Part shown: positions 30,776 through 40,911 of the stretch, piece after piece
How positions within the stretch are numbered: the first letter of the stretch is position 1
Layout of the letters: the number at the start of each line of letters is the position of its first letter
Source of the DNA: Tubulanus polymorphus
Lineage: Eukaryota > Animalia > Nemertea
NCBI RefSeq assembly: GCF_964204645.1
Contig: NC_134025.1
Location: 3,348,001 to 3,412,000, forward strand
Reading direction: 5' to 3'
Length of the DNA stretch: 64,000 nucleotides
Notes under the pieces: generated by a model
What the model was told of the DNA's origin: nothing
What the model saw: the letters and a program-made list of their open reading frames with translations, nothing else
The model's database searches: none
Position numbers and translations under genes: made by a program

Positions 30776-33700
30776 CTAGTTTTTAGCAGTTTTTGGTCGT
30801 ATTTTCATTTCTACTCTGCGAATGGAATATTTCGGGCCTTTCCAAGGTTTCCACGCAACTCCGTCAAATTTCTTATCGGCAACTTTACCGTCCCTATAAT
30901 AAACACCGTTAAGGTTTGATTGATAGCACTTATAATACCACCATGCACCGGAAAATCTTTTCGCGCAACTGCCACCGAAATCTTTTTCCATGCGGTCGTT
31001 ATCAACGTCTTTCGTAGAAAATTGTTCGTTATCGTGTTTTTTAAGTCCATCACCAGCATTTCCTTCATATCCTGAAACGTGTAGTCTATAACCGTTGTCC
31101 CCATCGTCGATCCAGAAGTCTTCATAAGTAGCTGAGACTTTGTTTCGCTCCCAGTCCGTCATTTCAATTTTTAACACATATTCACCTTGGTTCGTAATTT
31201 GATGAATGTAATCATTTCCTAACCAATGTTCACCAAGTAGATCTAAAATATAGTAATGTCGATGATAATCTAATAATGAGATAATGTTGAGATAAATCGA
31301 ATATACCCAAATAAGTGTATTCAGGGACAAATGACGACATTCATGAATGAATAAAACAATGTTAATTCGAAAGAGCGATAACTAACCACCAAATCCATCT
31401 CTGTATTCGTTCCAAGTCTTGAAAAAGTCGATATTGCCGGACTGTCTACGTTGTATGACCGTCCAACCACCATTCTTCATATCACAGAAAGATTTTATCG
31501 ACCGGCCGTTCAAAGCAATCGGAGAGATATTCATTATACCATCTCTCTTTCTTCCTTGTTTCAAAAGCTCATAACAATCTACAAAATATCACATATACAT
31601 TCTAACTTGAATCTTGAGACGTAACAAGAAATAATTTCCATTTTAGAAATTTACAAACCTTTTGCTCTGTAGTGTTTTTCGTTAACGTAAAGTATCTTCC
31701 GAGGCTCATCTGCAGCGGGTTCCTGTTTAACCACAGGTACGGGTGCAGGTGCAGGCTCAGCTGCAACAGGCTCCTGTTTGGTCATAGGGACAGGTACAGG
31801 AACAGGTACAGGCGCATGCTCAGCTGCGGCGGGCTTCTGTTTAGCAGCAGGTACAGCTACAGGCTCATCTACAACAGGCGTCTCTTTAGCCACAGGTACG
31901 GATGCAGCTGCATGTTCATGTGCAGGTACTGACTTGGTGGATTCCTCCTGTGTAGTCTGCTGAGAAATTGTTTCACTAAGTGGTGAATCTTTTTGCTCTT
32001 CTTGCTTAATTTGTTCATTTTGTTGTGATCCATCTTTAGGTTCTGCTGTTAATAATTCATCTGACTTGAGAGGCTCTGTCGACGTGGACTGTCCTGTGTC
32101 ATTCGGCAAGGATTCTTTCTTAGAATCGTCTATATGTTGTTGCTGTTTTGTAATTTGCTGCTCTTCAGATTTCGTGAAGACTTTTTCAACTCCTTGACGA
32201 TCATCTTTGCCAGCCTCTTCTATAATTTCCTTGTGTTCAATTATCTTCTCTTTAGGTTCGCCAAGTGTCTCATGTTTTTGATCCGTTTGAGTGGCAAAAT
32301 TTTGGTCTGCATCCTTCTTGTTATCAACAATGGATTCTAATTTAGTTTCTGATTTATCCTCTCCCAACATTTCCTGCACTGATTTGTCGGACTTATCATT
32401 TTTACTAGATCCTTTTGCGTATTTGGTGGCTTGCTCTTTAGAAGATATATCTTCCAAAGGTGTTGTTGAAGGTTTAGATTGTTGCTTTTTATCTTGTTCG
32501 ATGTTAGTTACATATTGATCACCTAACTCTTCTTTATTTTGTTTTGGTTTGGTATCTAAGGAGTCGCTATCAGTCTTTGGGCCAGGTGTTCCTTCTTTTT
32601 GAAGGACCATTTCGTCAGATAGAATATTGCTAGGCTTTTCTGATTTAGCCGAGTCATTGATAACAGAGTCTGCTGTATTCTGATCCTTATCAGAAATTGT
32701 TCTCTGTGCACTACCTTCTTCCTTTCCACTAATGTTACCATCATCTGTGCCCTCTCTCTTTTTATCTTTAGCTACCGTAGATGACGTCTCTGGAATTCGA
32801 CCAATTTTTTCATGATCCACAGAAATATCTACTGATGGTGTATCTGAACTGCTTGAGGGGTCTTTGCTCAAAGGTGTCGCGACTTGTTTCTCATAATAAG
32901 GTCCATTAAGATTGATTTCACCAATAGTTTTTTCCAATGTCTTCACACGCAGTTCTTTTTTGTTTAAACCTTCCTCCACTTGATTAAGCTTCGTCAAAAC
33001 TTGTGATATTGCCATCGATTGACTCATAACTAAATCTTTCAACCGTCGATTTTCTTCTTCCATTTTAGTTGATTGATCTTTCAAATATTCAATAACTGTA
33101 GTTTGTCCATTTATCATTTTTGCTAGTTGTGTGATGCGGCTTTGCTGTTTTTCAATATTACTCAATGCTTTTGTAACATTAGCAATACCCGATGATGGTG
33201 CACTCTCGCTTTCCTGTCGTTTGTTTTCCAGTTGCATGAACTTCCGGTTACTTTTAGAAATAATCTCATTTTCACTTTTCAATATGGAAAAACTGTGGTT
33301 AATCTTTAACAGTTCGTTTTCGAGTTTTAACATATAATTTTCTAGTTTTGTAATCATGGCAGAATCATTGTTTTTGTTCATTTTTTCGTGTAGCAGTTGA
33401 TTTTCCAATCGGAGAATTTGCAATTCAAGCATTTTTATTTTATCATCGTGCGCTTTAGTTTTGATGTCAATTTCTTTTTGTTTTTCTCCAATTTCTTCAT
33501 TAAGTTTCACGTTTTCGTATATAGCTTGAGGCATGACCACTGGTGCATCCGGTTCTGGCTTTTTATCATTAAATGCTTCATCACTATCGGATATCTTCTT
33601 TTTGTCTTTCCCTCTTTTATCACTTACCGATTTCAATAGCGTTTCATTTTCGTTTTCTGATTTCTCATCACTATCATCAGATTCCAACTTCTCTTTCTTA

Positions 33701-36700
33701 GATTTTATATCTTTGACATGTTCAGATTGTTTCTCATCATCTTCAGATTTTGGTGGCTTTTTTTCTTTAGACTTATCATGACTGTCGGGATTGGTTTGTC
33801 TCTCCTTCGATTTTTCTTCAGTTTTTAACTTTGTCTGTTCTTTAGATTTATCATCGCTTTTGGGATCCGACGGTTTCTCTTTGGATTTATCATCAGTTTC
33901 TAACTCTGTATGTTCTTTAGATTTATCATCGCTTTTGGGATCCGACGGTTCCTCCTTGGATTTTTCTTCAGTTTTTAACTTTGTCTGTTCTTTAGATTTA
34001 TCATCGCTTTGAGGATCTGACTTTTTCTCCTTGAATTTTTCTTCAGTTTCTAACTCTGTATGTTCTTTAGATTTATCATCGCTTTGAGGATCTGACTTTT
34101 TCTCCTTGGATTTTTCTTCAGTTTCTAACTTTGTCTGTTCTTTAGATTTATCATCGCTTTTGGGATCTGACTTTTTCTCCTTGGATTTTTCTTCAGTTTC
34201 TAACTCTGTATGTTCTTTAGATTTATCATCGCTTTTGGGATCCGACGGTTCCTCCTTGGATTTTTCTTCAGTTTTTAATTTTGTCTGTTCTTTAGATTTA
34301 TCATCGCTTTGAGGATCTGACTTTTTCTCCTTGGATTTTTCTTCAGTTTCTAACTCTGTATGTTCTTTAGATTTATCATCGCTTTTGGGATCCGACGGTT
34401 TCTCCTTGGATTCTTCTTCAGTTTTTAACTTTGTCTGTTCTTTAGATTTATCATCGCTTTTGGGATCCGACGGTTTCTCATTAGATTTTTCTTCAGTGCC
34501 TAACTTTGTCTGTTCTTTAGATTTACCATCGCTTTCTGAATCCAACAGCTTTTCTTCTTTCGGTTCGTCATTACTCTCTATTTTTTCAGTCTCAATTTCG
34601 TCAATTTCAGAATTCTTTGGCTTTACTTCTATCAGATTTTCAGGAGCCAAATCCGATTCACCAGAATCAGTTTTATTGACAGCAGATTCTCCTTTTTGAG
34701 GCGGGATCCGATCATTTGTTTTTGGATCATTTTGTAACTTTGGAGATTTCATCTCGTATTTATCATCGTGTCTGTTAGTTGCATTAACTGAATCAATATC
34801 CGTGTTAACCGATTCAGTTACTTGTGGTCTGACTTGCTGGGAAAATTTTCTATCGTCATCAAAAAACGATTGTTTCTTCATGAGAGAGCAAAAGTAAAGT
34901 ATCTTTGAGCACATCCTCTGTTGAGTATCGCATATGCTTTGGTGCATTTGATAATCCTCCCGTTGGACACTAGGAACAAAACTTGTCTTTTGTTTAACAA
35001 ATAATCCCACATATTGTGGTAATTTTATGCACAGCATTTTTCCTGTTTCCATGAGGTGAAGTACATACTGGAGACCAACTTTTGATTTTTCAGGTTTAAT
35101 ATCTTCAATCGTTTTCTCGGGCGGAGCGCTGTAATTTGCTTTATCTATGAATTGTTTTTCTGGTGATTTATTGTCAATAGTATTATCGATTGAAATCGAC
35201 TCTTTGTTCTTATCAGTATCTGACGTTTTATCTTTCGGCTTTTCATCAGTTTTCTGTATTTGTGATTTTTCTTCTGTCGTTTTTTCACTTTCAGATTTTC
35301 GCAACTTTACTCCTTTAGATCTTTTTTCACCAGCTTCTTCCGATTTCTTGTTTGTGTCAGGATCCGAGTGCTTTTTCTCCGATCTTTCGTCAGCGTCAGA
35401 AGATGGTGGTATCTTTTTAGATTCCTCGTCACTGTCTGATTCAAGGTTTTCAGGTTTTTCTTCAGATTTCTGTTTCGATTCTCCATCACTCTCAGATATT
35501 GATAATTTTTCTTTACTAGATTTCTTATCGCTGTTGTCAGAATCTATTGGTTTGTCTCCAGATGTTTCATTAGTTTCTGATTTCGACAATTTCCTTTTCT
35601 CCAATTTATGAAAATCGCTCGTATCTGACAGTTTTTTCTTAGACTTTTCATCGCTCTCTGATGTTTGTACATTCTTCTCCACTTCTCTTTCAATTTTTGG
35701 TATATTTTCTTCCGATTTCTCTTTATTGTCAGATTTTACTTTGCTAACCTTTGTTTCGTCATCAGTGTTACCAGATTTACTTTTTGAGTCAGATTTTGGT
35801 GACATTTCTTCTTGTGATTTTTCGTCGCTGCTAGTGTCCGACTGTTCCTCTTTCGATTCATTGTCTTGGGGTGTTTCTTCTTCCAATTTTTTACCACTCA
35901 CTGACAGTGACGTCTTTCCTGTTTTCAATTCATCCTCGCTATGTGTTGCTTCTTTCTTGGATTTTTCATCAGTTTCGGGAGCTTTTTGAGACTTGCTCTC
36001 TTTAGATTTCCCATTGCTGCCACGAGTATCTAATCGTTTCTTTTCAGATATTCTTTTACCTTTAGACTCCGTCAAATTTCCTTCTTTCGATTCCATATCA
36101 GACTCGGAATTTATTGGTTTTTTCAACTTTCTATCATGATCTAGCGTTACGTCTATCTCGAGAGATATTTGCCCATTTTCTTTTAATTTCTCGTCGTCAC
36201 TTTCATCGGACGATTCATTTTCTATAGATTGCTGATCTTTGTCAGAATCTGATAATTTCACTTCAGATGTTTCGTCAATTTCTGATTGAGATAATTTTCC
36301 ATCTTTCAATTTTTCACCACTTAGTGACTTATCTGGTGGTTTCCCATCACTCTCTGAATCTGCCTGTTTTTCTTTCAATTTCCCACCAATCTCAACAGTG
36401 GGCTTTCCGTCAATTCCTGACTGTTCACTCTCATCTGTTTCCGTCTCATCCATATCAGTTTCGTCAAATTCCGTTTCATCTGTGTCGTGCGAAGATTCAT
36501 TTTTATCATCCTCGACAAACATATCCGAATACGTTTGTAACATTTTACAATCGATCTTCAAATTAGCTTTCACAAAATTCTCAATTGTAGATTTCAATAC
36601 TTTTTGTTGGTCTGATAGTTCACCGTCGAATTTTCCCTCCGCGGATAATTTTTCGTACCATGATTTTACAGAGCATTTTTGTTTCCCTGCAGTATTGGCA

Positions 36701-37079
36701 ACACTGAAATATAGATAAATGATCCGGGATAAATGATTTTATCTGCATTCTAAAAATACTGAATGTACACATATAATTCTAATAAATCTATTATCTCATC
36801 GTTAGCAACAGCTGATTCTCTGAACAGATGTAAAAACACGGGTAGTTTCAATGTATCAATTCGATGATAATTTAACCGATGATTGACCTTCTACTTTTGA
36901 TGGGAAAATCTTTATTAATAGTCTATCTATTATAGTAACAAGTGAAAATAGATAAAAGTGTATATAGTATTATCTATATTAATTAATAGAAGAAAGGACT
37001 GATACTGCAATTAAAAGCCTATTAGAAATATTCATTGTTACCTCAACGTTCCTAGAACGAACACTAGAATTGTCCACAT
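30776..37079 (-). CDS. Giant secreted fibrinogen-related domain (FReD) protein, angiopoietin-like architecture
   Basis: Exon 1 MWTILVFVLGTL|SVANTAG (signal peptide; ATG 37079), about 5-kb exon of charged low-complexity sequence plus coiled coil (KIKMLELQILRLENQLL...), then fibrinogen C domain DCYELL..FCDMKNGGWTVIQRR..FFKTWNEYRDGFG / EHWLGNDYIH..FSTKDVDND..CA..GAWWYYKCYQSNLNG..VEMKIRP. Confidence 0.9.
33790..34530 (-). repeat. 60-bp coding tandem repeat, about 12 copies (20-aa unit SDPKSDDKSKEQTKLKTEEKSKEK-like)
   Basis: Successive 60-nt lines repeat almost verbatim (tttagatttatcatcgcttttgggatc...); two alternating unit variants (EQTKLK / EHTELE). Confidence 0.95.
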
Positions 37080-37640
37080 TAATCTAATCCATGTTGGCTT
37101 AAAATTCCATCTGATGTTATCCATCTTTGCTATCAGCCCTGTAATCAGGTTCTTAGCTATTTTGTCATGTCACAGCCACAGATTTCGTTGACGTGTTGCC
37201 TACGTGGTGTCGTACACTGTGGCGTCATGCGTGTTCTAACAACAATCAATCGACTTTTAGGCGAGCACAGATGGTTCTTCGGAAATCGGAGAGTAGCGTC
37301 AGGAAATCACGGCAGTCACAGCTGATTTATGCACGTGGAAATACGTCAACGTAAATAATGCACACAACTGTTTAAAATTTATTCATACGCAATCAAAAGC
37401 TATACTAATTCGGCTCGGCTCGGCTCCTAGTGACACATGGATGGGAAGCAATTCCAAGGCGGATGCCGTGGTTAGATCTACGGTATAGGGTAGTGGATAG
37501 TATGATGATCGACCGGCATATGTCTCCTCTGGGGAGTTCCATCCATATCAATGTTCTATTTCTGTGGGGGCGGGGCCCTCCCGCAATCATTTGCTTAATC
37601 TTTCAGTTTGAAACTTTGAGGATGTACAGGGGTGTCCTGA

Positions 37641-37965
37641 CCGTACAGTGCTGCTGCTATGCTCATCGTTAGCGGGATTTTCATACACTAACTAATGTCA
37701 ACTCTGGCAATCGACGTGCTGTCCAGTTATAACTCCGTAACCCTCCGTAACGCGCTTGTTACTTGTTTTCTGGTCATTCCACCTGATGATGGCTGTTAGT
37801 AAACAGCCGAAACGTTGTGGTTTCGGAAGAATAAATTTAATCGTATGATTTTAAATTCGAAGTGTGGGATTTCTTCATTTATCCGTAACCCTAGCTTGCC
37901 AGAGTTGACTAACGTTAGTGTATGAAAATCCCGCTAACGATGAGCATAGAGGCAGCACCGTACGG
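37641..37965. mobile_element. Non-autonomous DNA transposon (MITE) with 70-bp terminal inverted repeats and 3-bp TGA flanks
   Basis: 37641-37710 (CCGTACAGTGCTGC...GTCAACTCTGGCAA) is the reverse complement of 37896-37965 with about 7 mismatches; TGA lies directly on both sides (37638-37640, 37966-37968). Confidence 0.8.
37779..37820 (+). ncRNA. Minimal type I hammerhead ribozyme (Penelope-like element variant)
   Basis: CCAC-CTGATGA-T-GGCTGTT-agta-AACAGCC-GAAA-CGTT-GTGG: stem I CCAC/GTGG, core CUGAUGA, 7-bp stem II, GAAA core, palindromic AACGTT in place of stem III; AATAAA follows at 37830. Confidence 0.75.
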
Positions 37966-37999
37966 TGAAATGTTGATAGCTTAACAACGATTCAGGTAC

Positions 38000-38222
38000 T
38001 GATGCTGAATAGAGGATGTACGGGGATGTCCCGGGTTCGAACCCAGTAATTACTGATGCTGATTCAGAGTGGTCCTGATGCTGAATATAGGATGTACAGG
38101 GGTGTCCCGGGTTCGAACTCAGTAATTACTGATGCTGATTCAGAGTGGTCATGATGCTGAATAGAGGATGTACAGGGATGTCCCGGGTTTAAATCCAGTA
38201 AAGTTTACTGATGCTGATTCTG
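38000..38222. repeat. Tandem repeat, 76-bp unit x about 3, containing a Pol III B-box-like GGTTCGAACCC
   Basis: GATGCTGAAT starts at 38001, 38077, 38153 (period 76); a partial further copy (AGGATGTACAGGGGTGTCC) lies at 37619-37637. Confidence 0.9.
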
Positions 38223-38751
38223 GTCCTGAATCGGCGAATTTACACGCCCAAAATAACAAAATTTTAACCTAGAAAAAGTAAGTTTTTCGGGTCTAAAGTC
38301 ACTGATTTTGAATCCCTAGACCTCCCTGATAATAAATATGCTGAAATGAAAATTTTGGGAGGGGGTACGAAAGTGCAATAGCGCCGAAATTCCAATGTTT
38401 TGTAAATACAGATCGCCGCCGCCTCGAGTCCTGTCAAAAACTTTTTGACCGGCACCCCCGGGCCCCACACCCATCACGCGTTACGTGTTTTTGAACAGCC
38501 CCTAGTATTTATCATTGATTATAAGATTATGTTTTCTAAAGAGAGCGCATAACTACTCGGAATAATTATTAATATATATATTGAGTGCGATGCCGCGATG
38601 GCGATGACACATGAACATCGGTCCACAACCCTCTAATCCGCGCACTGTAAGTCCGTGACCGCTCAATCCGATCTGCATACTAGACGGCGCTCTGTTAGAT
38701 TAGAATGTCAGTAGTTTTCTATAGGGGCTGAGAAAGGAGTTTCAGTTGACG

Positions 38752-39805
38752 ATGGCCTTTACTTTCGCTGCGTTATGCTATATCATAGCATTGATCCTGA
38801 CAGCATTTTTGATATTTTTTGCTATTTACCATGTAAGTGCAAAAAATATGCGATCATCAATCAATGAATTAATTCGTTTTTCAAGTTTTTGACCTGGCCT
38901 GGCCCATGCCCAGTGTGACTGTGAGTGAATAAAAAAGGGGAAGGCACGTCATCCATCAATGTCCATTCTTCAAGCCAAAATTTTTGTCGGTCTACTGTAC
39001 TAACGTTACTACTTAGTAGTGGATGAATCGGGAATACATTATCAGTTTATCTTTTTTTCAGATCATAGCTTTCGATGAATTGAAAACTGACTATAAAAAT
39101 CCAATTGATCAATGTAACAGCCTCAATCCAGTAAGTAGTGCGTAAAAAGTCACTTCTTTTTTTCTAATCTTGGTTATTAATGCTGCCACCATCACAGGCT
39201 CAGGGTACCATTCATAGATAGATAGCTTAGGCATCACTCTGGCTGCTATCTATCTTGATAAAGGACATCATGAAGTTTAATTGTCATAGGTATAGATAAA
39301 TTATGAAATGAGAATGATTTTGGTAATTTTTCTATTTCAGCTTGTTTTACCGGAGTATGGAATACACATGTTTTATTATGTATTATTTGTCTTGTCCGGA
39401 CAATTGCTAACTATAATTCTGAACACACCTCTCCTTGTCTATCACATTCACAGGTACTGTATATTTAACATATTCATTCATAAACACTTCATCTTTACTC
39501 AACAATATCACTCATCTGATTATTGAAATGTGTCACTGTTTTTTTAGGTATATGAATCGTCCAGTTATGTCTGGTCCTGGTTTATATGACCCCACTTCAA
39601 TCATGAATGCTGATCAATTAAGTAAAGCACAACGTGAAGGATGGATTAAGCTGGCCTTTTATCTTCTTTCATTTTTCTACTATTTATACAGGTAACAAAC
39701 ACATTTGATACACTCAAAATTTATTTTAGCATTTGTTTATTTCTTTTAAACTAATGTAAATATTTTTATTTCAGTATGATCTATGTACTCGTGTCATCTG
39801 AATAA
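38752..39805 (+). CDS. CNIH1: Protein cornichon homolog (CNIH1-like)
   Basis: [27 protein letters not shown]|[23 protein letters not shown]|LVLPEY...|[47 protein letters not shown]|[10 protein letters not shown]. Confidence 0.96.
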
Positions 39806-40911
39806 AGTATTAGTAAGCAGGGCTGAGTGAATATTAATAATAATAATATTTACGTTCTGGTGAAGAGCAGATTGAATATTGCTGAGTGATGAATGCTTTT
39901 AAGCTGTTGCAAGTATTTGTAATGATTGTTGATTGGCCTTATGAACAAAGTTTAGTGTGATGAATGTAAACATGAATTGAACATGTCTAAATCAGCTTTT
40001 ACTTTGCGGATATTTTGTTCCTACGTTGACACCAACCATTATATATTCAAAACTTCTTCATGAAACACAAATGTGCATAGGTTTAATTTCTAAGAATCTT
40101 CCTTTTTGAAATTATATTTGATATTATTTTTCATGCGTTCTAGCCCTTTCCTTCTAGAAGTAGGACTTTGTCTTCTGTGTAAATGTTTAATATTAATTTA
40201 TAATTTCCTTTGATGTTACGAATTTTGTCCAAATATTTCGTGAGATTAGAAATTGAAATATAGATGTACAAATCTTTTAAAAAAGATCAGTATTTGTTTT
40301 TTAATGTCTTCTGGGAGATGAGTTGAATCTTATGGTTTTAGCATGATAATAGTTAGGCTGACGATGCTAATCAACCTTGGTTTATCCCCCTGCCATATCG
40401 TATAAGTCCTTAATCTGATTGGTCCCAACATTATTCCCTTTAAATTTCTATGTCTTAATTCATATTCCAATCCGAATTTTCACTTATTCTGTAGATGATT
40501 ATGTAGTCCCATTGTCAAATCTCTAAATTCAAGTGTCTCGCCAATGAAACCAAAAATGTTTTATCCAATATTTATTAAAATGGAACGTTTCAGCCATTGA
40601 CTAACAGCCATGATCAGGTGGAATGACCAAAAAGAGGAAAGAAAAGCATATACATTGGTAAACTCGACGTACATTACACTGGGTATGCGCTTAAATCATA
40701 GAAGATTATGATAAAGATACGGATTGACAATGATTTACTATCAGTTTTTGCGCAAGGGCACCTCTTAGTGGATTCACTTCCAAACAAAAATATAACTAAC
40801 TCGACTTTTGATCAACATAAACTTATTATTTTGAGCACTTGTGTAGCAAATAAAAATGCACTTTGCAGGGACCAGACTTGGTTTATATGTGCGTATCTCT
40901 AATAGTTTGTA

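Noticed and set aside
33533-36718. Many Ser/Phe/Leu-rich + strand ORFs
   Set aside because: Antisense to the K/E/D-rich FReD exon; no splice or domain support.
38000-38222. Possible tRNA gene cluster or CRISPR array
   Set aside because: No 7-bp acceptor stem, D arm or anticodon arm in tRNA order; units repeat wholesale with no unique spacers; eukaryotic context.
38229-38504. Possible further MITE ending CACGCGTTACGTGTTTTTGAACAGCCCCTA
   Set aside because: Resembles a transposon terminus but no matching opposite TIR was found, so it is not called as a feature.
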